DNA of 54,213 nt, the filler included, from Dimargaris cristalligena (taxonomy: Eukaryota): assembly GCA_003614675.1 (NCBI GenBank). It is 2 parts of 2 records of this genome, joined end to end, with 100 filler letters (N's around TTAATTAATTAA, not from the genome) between each part and the next. Parts side by side here need not be neighbours in the genome. Positions count along the whole stretch, not along the records: positions 1 to 27,063 come from ML002524.1; 1 more part is not named here. One strand, 5' to 3'. Under the pieces are notes generated by a model. It ran no database searches and was not told where the DNA came from. It worked only from the letters and a program-made list of their open reading frames with translations. A program made the position numbers and the translations under genes. Positions 1 to 10,856 of this stretch are shown here, in pieces. Position 1 is the stretch's first letter. Each line of letters starts with the position of its first letter.

Positions 1-220
1 AGGGCTGGGTGGTCCTCGTATGAGCGGAGGCTTCCATGGGAACTGGAAGACACTAAGATCACCTAGGAGTGAGTAGTGCGAACTCCAGGGGGGTCCGGCC
101 GGTAAGATGATATATATGATGTCTGGCCCCATTAGGACTGGGGGTACAATATGGCGCTATATGGCCTGCTATGATGGCAATCATTAGCGGATGGATTAGG
201 TCGGATTAGGAGGGGTGACA
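1..220 (-). mobile_element. LTR-like fragment, truncated by the contig start
   Basis: The minus strand begins TGTCACCCCTCCTAATCCGACCTAATCC at 220 (TG start typical of LTRs). 148-220 aligns by eye to 27465-27539, a second diverged copy. Confidence 0.5.
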
Positions 221-1956
221 ACCAACCAATGTCACTTCTGAATATGAAGCAATCCAGCCCACTTAAACCAAATAAATTATTGATGTGCTTCAATTACTAC
301 CAAATGGCTTTGGTATAGAGAAGGGTGTACTGATATGTGGGGTCCTTCATAGAGTGAGCATATGGTTATCTAGCTCAGTCGTTGAAACCTGGGCAGCCAG
401 TTCGAAAGGGAACCTTAGTGGGATAGTTGACAGGGCATCAGATAAATTACTGATGGTGTCCGACGTAGAGGTCACTTGTGTCTTCGAGTTACTTGAATAA
501 AACAGGGAGACATCCAGTAATGGATTACAAACTACCTTGCGACCCTGTCAATTCCTTACTGAGGATTACAAGTCGACTGAAAAAGTTGGCAGGCTAGGTG
601 ATTCAAATGGGACTCACACATGATATTGTTAATACGGTACCACCGGAGGTGTCTAGTATCGACCAGACACCCCATGGACTCGGGTTCCCCACCAGAACCC
701 CACAGGTGCATACTATGCCCATGGCCATAGAACCACCGGACATTACTGCAAGGGTACCAGCTGAGGGATACCCTGCTGCAACACCACCTGGTACACCAAC
801 ATAGGGCCATGCTCAAACTTGCTAGAACACCAAGCCCATGGCTCCATCTGCCGAGCAGGGCTCATATGCCTGCCCCATACCGACACTGGCAACTATCTTG
901 TAATCGCAACATTGGGGATGCCAATAGTCCAGTATAAAAACGGACTATCGGGGTGCCCTAATGTGGACCCTTAAATGGCTATTAATCCTATCCGCTACCC
1001 ATTAATCCATTGCCGCTTGTTATCATCTAGTGCCCTTATATCTACTGCTATTAATAAAAGAGTCCTCCTTAATATTACTATGCTCATACATATTTGCTGA
1101 TAACATTGGCCCTTTATTGTAAACCTGGGCTATTCTCTCCAATAACCCAAAGTCATTTGGGGCCCAAACTCCCAAACGAACTAATATTTACCTCACAGAT
1201 TGCATTACTATCTTCCTATTCATACGGTGATAGGAAGGTCATTCCATATCTCCACAGCCGACTGCTTCCCCCTCAACCCCTTAACTTGCCCCCAATCCGT
1301 ATTGGAACATCTTAAATTATGGTTGGGTTCAAATTAAGATGAGAATGGCGACTGGGCGGCCGGTGAAGCCAAAGTATAATAGCTCTGCGAGTTGAGAGGC
1401 TATATAACAGTGTGTAATGATATTTTTGTGTACCCAGGTACAAGGAAAATGGCAAAGGTGGATTTAAGGGAGGGGAGTGCACAAAAGAGTGCTATATTAC
1501 TTAGCCCTCAATCCTCACCGGAATTGGTCTCACCCTACGATTCAGTTACCTCGTAACGACCCACCCGGCCAATAGTAGAGCTAGTGTGACATCCAACAGG
1601 GAAGGGGGATTGGCCCCATCGCTGGTTATCAAAACCAAGCGCCCCCACCTCCCTTTGCTCTGGAAGGCTACTTCCTGCTGCCTTATCCTATACAATAAAC
1701 CGTGTATATACTCGCCCTCATTATAACTACTTGACTCGTAACAACCTGATGGAAATATCGATGGCCACGCCATCTTAAACTGGGGTCGATAATTTGCGAG
1801 TCCAGAAGTAACCAGGCAGTTTCGCGCAAAATATATACAGGCGAGTGCTGGTGGGATTTACGCCCAACTGATTCTCAGACAGGGTACCTTAATTGAATGA
1901 AATAGCGAGGTTGTCGCCAAAACTTGATACCCTTCTAGTTTAATGCTGATGGCTAA

Positions 1957-2520
1957 TCATTTAACCCGATATTCAATCTTTTCGAGGGTTGCGGTAGCGC
2001 TATAAGCCGGATTTAGGTAGTCAACTTGATGGTCATAGGCCCAAACTTCGAGAGAAGGAATTCCGCTCATACCCATTGTGACCACGAGCCTGTGGTATGG
2101 AAGTAGCCTACTATTCAGTTGTACGGGAGAAGGGAAAGAAAATAAAATGAAAATAAACCAGCAAGCCAATTAGGTTTGGACTGTTACGTGTTAACGGGGG
2201 GGAATGGTAGAATAGCGTTAAACTTAATTATTGTTATGGAAATACTAGAGAAAGGAACCTCCTCGTTCCATGGGGGGAGCGGGAGCTATTGGTTTTGATC
2301 ATCGTAGATGGGTGTAGATCCTCCCGTTCTGTTGGATGTTACACTAACTATTCTATTGTCTGTTTAGCCCACTATGGGCCGATTGGCCCGTTACAGTACC
2401 ATAGTATTCTTGAACTACCACAGACCTTGTCCAATTAGGAGGGCCTAATGGCCACAGAGCCAACTTGGAAATGGAATTCTAGGAGTTTATGGCTATTATT
2501 CAGCGGGCCTAGTAGTTCAA
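1957..2520 (-). pseudogene. Possible degraded intron-containing gene remnant of unknown family
   Basis: A protein-like terminal segment (GMSGIPSLEVWAYDHQVDYLNPAYSATATLEKIEYRVK*) follows an intron-like stretch: GTAACA donor ~2188, CTAAT ~2173, polypyrimidine tract, TAG ~2108-2113. The upstream frame is broken by TAA/TAG stops. No family recognised. Confidence 0.2.
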
Positions 2521-3087
2521 CCTTCGGTTTTTTGTCGGCAAAAAAAATATGCCGGGGGTGGTTATATGGAGGGGGAAGAGGAGTTGGTACTTTACCATTT
2601 TTATTCCGTGTATTACAACAGAGGTAGAGGGAAGGTAAAGACTGCCAGATAGCAACGCCATTTACACGCAGGTTACCATTTAGGAATGAGTACGAGTGTA
2701 ATACAAGTCGACAATTTTTTTGCTTTCGCATAATGGTTTAACCCGCAAAGCAGGATTTGCAACGATTGGGGTAGTGGGCCGAGGAAAAAAGTACAAGTGA
2801 ACGTTGCCAGGTATCTGGTGAATGGGCAGTGGTAGTGGTGTACCGGTGAAACTACTGGAGAAGTCGTCAACTATAAAACCAAGGCGCCCCGTATCAAGTA
2901 GCTGGACACCGCCGTATGATAATTATATCTATGTTTTGGTATATTGTGCTCTAGGTTTACATTCTGTCTTTTTTTTGTACACCACATTTAGCCGGACTAT
3001 TCTGCTGATAACTTGGTTACTTACAATTTCCTTTTTCTCCACCCGATTTCCTTTACTCCTGTTTTCTTGATATTTCTACACTGCACC

Positions 3088-4920
3088 ATGCAGCCTCTAC
3101 GTCTGAACATTTTGGTCTTGACCTCATTCGGCCTGTCCCTCCTCGCCAGCAACCACGTTAGCGCCAGCGAAAGTAGCCGGCGGTTGACCAAATGGAAGAA
3201 AAGCCTGAAAAATAAGTATGCTAAAACAATGAACAAAATGCGAGCTTACGCCCCGGGCAACATTAAACTCGACGACCAGAGTAGTGAAGAGTCCAACAAA
3301 GCGGTGACTTCTGTTCCAGGCGATAAGTTAACCAGTCTACCCAATGAACTCTTGAACAATATTTTGGACCTGGCTATAGAGCCGGGGTCCTTCCGCCAAA
3401 CTTACCCTGGGCTTATGTTGACCTCCAAAGCCATGGCAGCCCACGTTTTAGCCCATCCTAGTGGTGCGATACTAGTAAGTGTCAACGGTATTTTACCTTT
3501 GTCACCATATCCGAATTGTCCCAATTCATAGATGTCACCTTTGCCTACGCATGCCAGTGAGCTAAAGAAATTCAAATTATACACCCGCCACCACAATTTT
3601 GTAGTCTAGTAGTATTTTATTTAAATACTCCTACATGATATACTATGGTCATACTTGTGGTTATTAGCCGGTACATTAATTATACCTATTCTACTATACT
3701 ACATTATTTAGCCAACCTACCACAAACTTCAAGTCGGCTTAAAACATTATCGAGCTAGTGGCGTGTTCAAGGTTCGTAAGGGAACTATAGTCCCAGCTGA
3801 TAAACCGGTATCCAAATTGGTGTCAATATCCCGTAATTTCAAAAATGGGGTTAAGCAAACATTCAATCCCTGGCAAGAGTTACTTTATCACCAATTTGCC
3901 ACCACACTATGGCGGAGTGCCAGTCGTTTTGTGAGCTTCGCCTGCGATATTGTGAATACCGATGGGGTAGCAAGGTTGAATCCCCATGAAAACCCCCTCA
4001 CAATGATATATCTCCGTGAGACCTTGGCAATTGGTCGAGACTTAAAAATTTTCCAGAAGGGGGCGCCGCACTTCATCGATCCCAACCAACTGACGCAGCA
4101 GACACTGGAGAAGCAACTGCCGCTCCTAGCCCTTGTTGATACTCATAATAATGCCACTGACCTCCTCCAGGTCTTTGACACGCTAGTGGACCCATCATTT
4201 GATTTACTCATTCATCGGGACTGGGTGAAGCCATCCGACTCAAAATCCGACTATGCAGAGGGTCCCTTGCGGAATATTATCAGACTGCGCCAGGTCCCTA
4301 CATTTAGCCTTTTTTCGGGGGTTTATTATTGGGACTTATTCGATACTCTGGCCGCTATCATCATGGCCCGGTTAGCCCTTACGGGACAGTACGATCTCTT
4401 TCGTAGTTTTATCTCGAGTATCCAGTCTATTGACAACTCTCACCACCCGTATGGCGGCCTTCGTTTTGGCAGCCCTGACTTAGGAAAACTGGCCGTTATG
4501 CTGAGTGCCATGACTCGCCAGAAGGAACTGGTGTGTATATTGCCCCACGATTTTTTAGGCAGAGACCTTAATTATGGGCTTACCGTGGATATTCCTGAGT
4601 CTAATTGTTTCATGGCCGATGAAATGCGCCAAATGGGGTTGATCACGAGTGCAAGGTTTCTGGAGGAGACTCTGGAATGTGCGGATTACGAGTCGGATGA
4701 ACCGTCTGAAACTGGCGGACAGAGGCCTGAGTTAGACTCCAGACCCCTCCGGCAATTGCGGCTCGTCGATAGTGGCGAAACTCCCCAAATGGGGGTGCCA
4801 GTTATCATTTCCGAGTTCGATGTTGACACCAGAAACGCGCTTACGGACCTGGGCCCATGGGAACACGACGAGCTTTGGGAGTATGGCCAATTGTTGGCCA
4901 AACAACAGCACCTTATGTAA
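3088..4920 (+). CDS. Predicted secreted protein with an N-terminal F-box-like motif (~554 aa). Exons 3088-3474, 3532-3600, 3712-4920
   Basis: ATG in gcaccATG context. Signal-peptide-like MQPLRLNILVLTSFGLSLLASNHVSA. F-box-like LTSLPNELLNNILDLA...LMLTSK. Two phase-0 GT-AG introns (3475-3531, 3601-3711) join ORFs 3013-3531 and 3763-4920 into one open frame. TATAAAA at ~2872. Confidence 0.75.
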
Positions 4921-5654
4921 TAGAGTAGAGCTCACTATGAGCATCTACAAATGACATTTTATTTCATTGGCCTACAACTTGAATTAAAGGACTTTCGTTG
5001 AAACAACTGGCCCACACCCTTTTGCAAGGTGGTACTTACATAATAAAACTAAGGCCTCGAATTCATTGATGGCTCTACACAAACAACTTATTTCCGAGGA
5101 ATGTACAATGACTATATGGGGAGCGTGCGGTATGCCTGAATCACCAAGAAATCGATTGATATGGCGGATAATGCTGGTTCAAAACGAAATTCCTGGATAC
5201 ATTCCTATACACCATTTATTTGACGCTATATACGGTCGCATTAGATTACATCTATATTTTTCCGCGTTTTTATTATAGTACTGGAAAGGTAATGGGGCTA
5301 CCATCGTGAGCCCATATGGTTTATATCCTAGGTCCATCAAGATCTACCCCCTCGGTATATATTTGAAATCTCCTTCCACCCCCAGGCTTCCTTGAAGGAT
5401 TGCGGCTTCTTCGGTTTCGTCATGAGAGTTCAGGGTAACTCCGTAACACTAGATGGCTTTAAATCACTCTGCCAGAAGTCCGTGAACCTTTTTTTACGAC
5501 TTATACAGAGAACAGTACTAATTCTTTAAGGTTTTATTTATAGAAATACAAAAACAGTTGAATACATGTTTATGATAACATGCTATGCTATACACCTGTT
5601 GAAAGTGGGCCCATGGGGTGGGATAGTTACAGATCAAATCATTACAATATTTTA

Positions 5655-7742
5655 CTATGCCTCCGACTCGGCCAGGGTCGGAGGAGCCGAATAATCGGCG
5701 TTGTACCGGGCCAGGGTATCGGTGACTAATAAATCAATTACCGCGTCCTTAACTTCTTCGAACATACCCACGGTGTACCGCTCCTGATGAGCAACTTGGT
5801 CCTGCAGGGGTTTTTTCTTCCGAATATCGATATTAATTTCGAAAATGGACTCCGCCGAAATATACTTTGTGTAGAAGTGGCGGAACGCCCCGCGAAGGTG
5901 ATCGGGAACCGGGTCGTCCAAGGAGTGGGGCCAGACGGAGGAAATCGATGCTGGGTATGGTATATCCCGGACGAGACGGGCCCATAAATCGCGCTCAACG
6001 ACAGTGGCTTGAATGGCGCCCGGCAGTTGGGTGGACGTCAAGTGCGGTAGAACCGGGTTGAAGGGTGGGGGGTGGGGTTCTGCCAATGGAGGGACCGGTG
6101 CGTTGTTTTTGGCCCACCCGGCACTAGCCCCGGGTTTGGCAGACGGATCGGACGAAGGGAGATTAAGGGGGTTACTTGGGGTCGGACTCGGTGGCTGGAT
6201 GGCTTCGAACGGGGCCACCACCAGGGCCAAATCAGAGGCCGCGTTACTACCGCCACCATGGGAAAGAGCACTACTGCTGCTAGTGTTATATTCGTGACTA
6301 ACGGGGCGGGTGGCTGAACCCGAAGTGGAACTTATACTATAATGTAATAGCTCGGAATCAAATATCTCGGCCGCCATCGATACGGTGTGGCAGTGTTGGT
6401 GGGCTGACCCATGGGCGTTTTCGTGCTTGGGAACGGGTGGAATTTTCCGCTCGCGCTCGGGGGGATGGGGAACGACCTCCTCCTCCTTCTCCTTCTCAGT
6501 TCTCCGCTCTGTCAGCACCACTTCATACAGGGCCAACTTTAATATCTGGTAATCCAGTAGGAAAGTTGGGAGTTCGCCACAGTAGATGGAAGTGCAGAAG
6601 CGTCGGAAATCAAAATATTTGTCGGGATGGTTGATGATCCGGAACAAGGTCTGTCTATTAGCCGGCATCATCTGACGAGCCCGGGACATTTTGATACGTT
6701 GGATATGTCCCTTGTATAGCGGAAGGATTAAAAACATGAGGGTATACCATATGTACTGGGCGTAGCTGATAATCAGCAAGGCGATACCGGAGTTAGGTCT
6801 GGGGAGATCTAGACTATAGACAATACGATAAGCCAATTCGAGGACAAATAGGCCAAAGTAGTAAATCGTCAATTCCTGTCGGATCCCGAAACCGTCGTCA
6901 AGGTGGCGAAGGAAAAATAGAGTGGGAATGTAAATGATGATGAGAATGGCACCGGCCACGGCGGTATTGTAGGCAGACAGCCAGCCGAGGGAACAACCCG
7001 GATTGCCATGACTTAAGGACCTGTCCTGCTGAGTGGCCACAAACACGGAATAGACGATGCACGTATAGATGACCAGGGCGGCAGTAATGGCCATTAACTT
7101 AAATTTCAGTGAACGTTGGCCCATAATGTACCAGGGACGCCGCCAGGTCCGCTGCAGCGTCACCGACGGTTGGGATAGCCGGGATATGGAGACGCTGCGT
7201 TCACTTGCACTACCGTTACCGGCTTGCCCACCCGTCTGGGCACTATTCATCCGATTCTGGTCAGTAAAATTGAGTTGATGGCCCAGAACCTGGGCATGTT
7301 TGGCCAGTGCCAGCAGTTTAAGGGTGCATAGTAAAGGGATCGTTAAGGTCAAATGCACGGTTACAACGTTGGATAAATAAATAACCAGGCAGGGGAAGTC
7401 TTCGGCGTAATAGAGGGCGCTGGCTACTAACGAAATTATGCTGGCGATATTGCCAATCGTACTCAACGAAATGGACCGTTTTTCGTAAAACGGATTGTTG
7501 TGACCCCGGATGATGAACAGGGCGTTTAGGGAGATGCCCAGGGCGAGTGAAACTGCGAGAATGGGGTAGACTATCGCCCGGATAAGTGGGTAGTTGGCGT
7601 GCTCGTCTGGGGACAATCGACTACTGTGGCCAACGTATTGGTGATTGCGATGGTGCTGCAAAGCGGTCATTGAGTCGATGGTAGTCATTGCCCTAAGAAC
7701 GAGATGGTGGATCCTGTCGTTGGGATACATAAAGGTACTCAT
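5655..7742 (-). CDS. 7-transmembrane protein fused to a C-terminal RGS domain (GprK / plant RGS1-type), 695 aa, intronless
   Basis: Seven hydrophobic segments. DDGFGIRQEL loop after TM5, typical of 7TM-RGS proteins. RGS halves FRRFCTSIYCGELPTFLLDY and FYTKYISAESIFEINI...MFEEVKDAVIDLLVTDTLARY. Confidence 0.88.
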   Translation of the reverse strand: MSTFMYPNDRIHHLVLRAMTTIDSMTALQHHRNHQYVGHSSRLSPDEHANYPLIRAIVYPILAVSLALGISLNALFIIRGHNNPFYEKRSISLSTIGNIASIISLVASALYYAEDFPCLVIYLSNVVTVHLTLTIPLLCTLKLLALAKHAQVLGHQLNFTDQNRMNSAQTGGQAGNGSASERSVSISRLSQPSVTLQRTWRRPWYIMGQRSLKFKLMAITAALVIYTCIVYSVFVATQQDRSLSHGNPGCSLGWLSAYNTAVAGAILIIIYIPTLFFLRHLDDGFGIRQELTIYYFGLFVLELAYRIVYSLDLPRPNSGIALLIISYAQYIWYTLMFLILPLYKGHIQRIKMSRARQMMPANRQTLFRIINHPDKYFDFRRFCTSIYCGELPTFLLDYQILKLALYEVVLTERRTEKEKEEEVVPHPPERERKIPPVPKHENAHGSAHQHCHTVSMAAEIFDSELLHYSISSTSGSATRPVSHEYNTSSSSALSHGGGSNAASDLALVVAPFEAIQPPSPTPSNPLNLPSSDPSAKPGASAGWAKNNAPVPPLAEPHPPPFNPVLPHLTSTQLPGAIQATVVERDLWARLVRDIPYPASISSVWPHSLDDPVPDHLRGAFRHFYTKYISAESIFEINIDIRKKKPLQDQVAHQERYTVGMFEEVKDAVIDLLVTDTLARYNADYSAPPTLAESEA

Positions 7743-8853
7743 TTAGGGTAAAATGTCCCATAATCTCCGCGACAGCGAAGACTGGGGAATGGGCACTTCA
7801 CGTGCTGCTTGGCGTTAGTTTAAGCACCCAGAACAGACTATAGAGTTTGGAACACGATATGGTGAGTCAAAAATTAAATTAGACGGCAATCTTTGTGAAT
7901 ATGTTAATGGTAGGTGAAAATATGCTGTCATGATAGCAAATTATAACATAAATTAATGTATAGAGGAAAGCTGAGGGCGGCCCAATTAATGCAAAGGTTC
8001 ATCAGCTGTGCCTTGGTAGGTAGATGAGGAGCTCTAAGAGTGCTATGGCCAAAAAAGATAGCCAGGGGACTCTTTGAATATCGTAAGTGCCGAGAATATT
8101 AAGGTGATTGGAAGTAGAGTAATTTAAATAAATATAGTTGACTTTCGGTTCATTGGTATCGTTTTCCAATGGAGTATATAAAGCGAATAATAATCATATT
8201 GAATCGTCTATGTAGGATAATGTTGAAAATGTAACCAGGCAGCGTCTAATAGTCGGTCTTATCTTCTCCAATACCCCCTAAACATACACTTCCACTTCGG
8301 CAAGAGCTACAGTTGAGAGCATGAATTGTTGAACACAAAGTGTAAAACATGTTTTACGATACGGTGATATCCCCCCCCCCTGGCCAGATCCAACTGAATC
8401 CCCCCTACATCATCTAACCATATCCTCGCTTCTGAGACCAAAGGGGCTCACACTATAGGCCAATCGTGATAAGATGCTCTCCATTCCCAAACGATAGCGG
8501 TAATGTTTCGATTATACCCCAATTAAAGGGACCCCGATGTCCCTCACCGCCGTGGTTTGGTCTGCATTTACAGTGTGGGTAGGTTAGTTTAACTGGCACT
8601 GTTTATTACCAGAAGACCGCATCGAAGTACTGGTCAAACATTATCATAAAAATGCTTTGATTAAAATGGTATGGACATATACATAAACTAGAGCAAACTG
8701 ACGAAGCTGCCATTTAATCTGTTTACGTACCCTTTGGGCACCTACTCGGACCAACTATTAGGTATTGGGTAGAACAAAATTGTACTTTATTGGATACTTG
8801 TAGATAGAGGGGGAATCCGCAGGTATAAATGCGCCGCATCGCAGGGGAAAAGC

Positions 8854-10856
8854 TTATTTATATACATCAGTATTACGGAAACTAGAGTTATCCTTCATTG
8901 AGTCGTTGTGTGCCTTGTATTCCATGATGGTATCGGCCGGTAGGTTAAGAATGCGCTTCACCGTATCCCTAATTGACAAATAGCAACGATGTTCCGAGAC
9001 CCGAATTAAGGGCGGGGTATTGCAAGCATATGATTAGTAGAATGTTGGGGGGGAGAGTAAAAGAAGACACGTATGCAATACTCGACCTGGCTTTGGGGAT
9101 GTGCAATATTGGGCTGAAAGGGCGCAATAGTACAATGATAATGGTGCAGAGCTATCCGGACTTACCTGATGCGGAGATTAATTCGACCGTCTTGCGCCGA
9201 GCTATTCCACAGTGACAGTATATCCTCAGAGTTACGGATAGAGAGGACGGCCCCGCAAATGTCATTTCCTACATCAAACTGATCACCAATAACCGCCAAC
9301 ACCTAGTGAAGTGAGAGTGGATTGGTAATGTAAAAAAAAAAAGATACGATGGAATTGGTGGTTAGCGAGGTTCACCTCGTCTTCAAGCCACCAATATGAA
9401 AATTATCCAATAGAAATGAAACATTCATTCGGTAATTAAATTTCGGATATTAATTAAGATCGGGGACACTAATCAATGAGAGTAACTTACCAAATCCTCC
9501 CAGTAGCGGCTGGCGATGCCCTTCTTAAGGCGAACAATCCATTTACCGCCGTTCTTATTGACGTCATCCTAGAGACCCATACCAAGACCAAATGTACACA
9601 AATAATTAGTAAACGTTAATAAATGATGTTGGCCGATTGGTGGCTAAAGATTAGATAGTCGGTACAAGATATTACAGTTGGCTATTTTCAATATAAACTA
9701 AAAATGGATCGCCTCTGAAATCGGAAACCTGGAGTTTCCCGGGGTTCACGATAGGTCAGCTAGTCTAATCGAGAACACTTACCTCCCAGACAGGGCGGAC
9801 GCCTTGCTTAAACAAATGGTAGTCCGAGATGGTCGGTAGTTCGTGGGGACGACGCAGATGGCAGTAGACGGCCCAAAAGTTCTCTATCGAGGAAAATGAG
9901 GCAATTTTCTTCATAGCACTCTCATAGTTGACAATTTTCTGCCCGGGGGCACGGTGCATAAACCAAAACACCCAGGTGAACTGAAGGGGGTGAATCCCTG
10001 AGCTTGAGCCGGCTTTAACATTAGCCAGGGGTAGCAGATTCGCGTGAGAGAGCGACTTGTTTTTTACACTCAAACTAGTGGAGCTGCCGCTGTTGGTGTC
10101 ACGGTAGAAAAGGTGATTCGAGGCGCCCGGACCACCGCCCGATGTTCCAGTGCCACCGGTCGTTAAGTTGCCCATTGCAGCGGCTGTACCGGCGGCCGAG
10201 AAGTTAAGACTGGCCCCAGTACTCGCACTAATGTTGGTGGACGAGTTGTGCCGGGGTAATGTGGCAGAGTGGCCGTTAGCGGGGTTACTTCCGGTGGCTG
10301 TATTAGAATTAGAGCCGTTAGAGGAGCCAGTAGTCGCACCAGGGGTACCCGTAGTAGGTTTCCGCAACTTTGATAGAGCGGGAGTGGAAATTTTACGCTG
10401 CAACTGGATTAATTTGGCGCTAATGCATATAGTTAACGAAGAAAACGGCCCAGAAAATGACCAATTGTGGATTAATAAGGGTTTAAAGGCAGAATAAGTA
10501 GTATTGGGGTAGATATCCCGGGAATGGTGCAGTGTATATACTGGGGAGTCTTCCTAGGAATACAGGCATGCCCAAATACTTGGAGGGAATCTTCGGTGTA
10601 CGCCTGAGTGGCATATAGACTACATAATTAAATAAGAACTATGGCAGCCCAAATAATGGATGAAGTCGGCGATATAAAAAAACAAAAGTAAGAGGTAATG
10701 GTGAAACTCAAATAGGTCGCCTCGGGATAACCAGGTAGTCGTGGGTCGACCGACTAGAGTTACATCGAGTGTTACTTACGATTTACGGACGTTGTTATTC
10801 GAGGATTGTCCGTTGTTCAACGATGCTGTGGCAGTACCCGCTTGAGTGGATTCCAT
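8854..10856 (-). CDS. EIF4E2: Class II eIF4E (4EHP/eIF4E2/nCBP-like), ~347 aa. Exons 10856-10780, 10419-9783, 9568-9491, 9302-9166, 8968-8854
   Basis: The spliced frame reads HPLQFTWVFWF, YESAMKKIASFSSIENFW, FKQGVRPVWEDDVNKNGGKW, RYWEDLVLAVIGDQF, ICGAVLSIR, ILSLWN and MEYKAHNDS...SSFRNTDVYK*. F/Y at the class I W43/W56 positions marks class II. All four introns are GTAAGT...TAG and the total length is 1044 nt. Confidence 0.93.

Noticed and set aside
1308..1778. CATCTTAA/TTAAGATG inverted motifs at ~1308, ~1334 and ~1771 as a TTAA-targeting (piggyBac-like) element
   Set aside because: Only ~8 bp match, no extended TIR, and no CC/GG termini.
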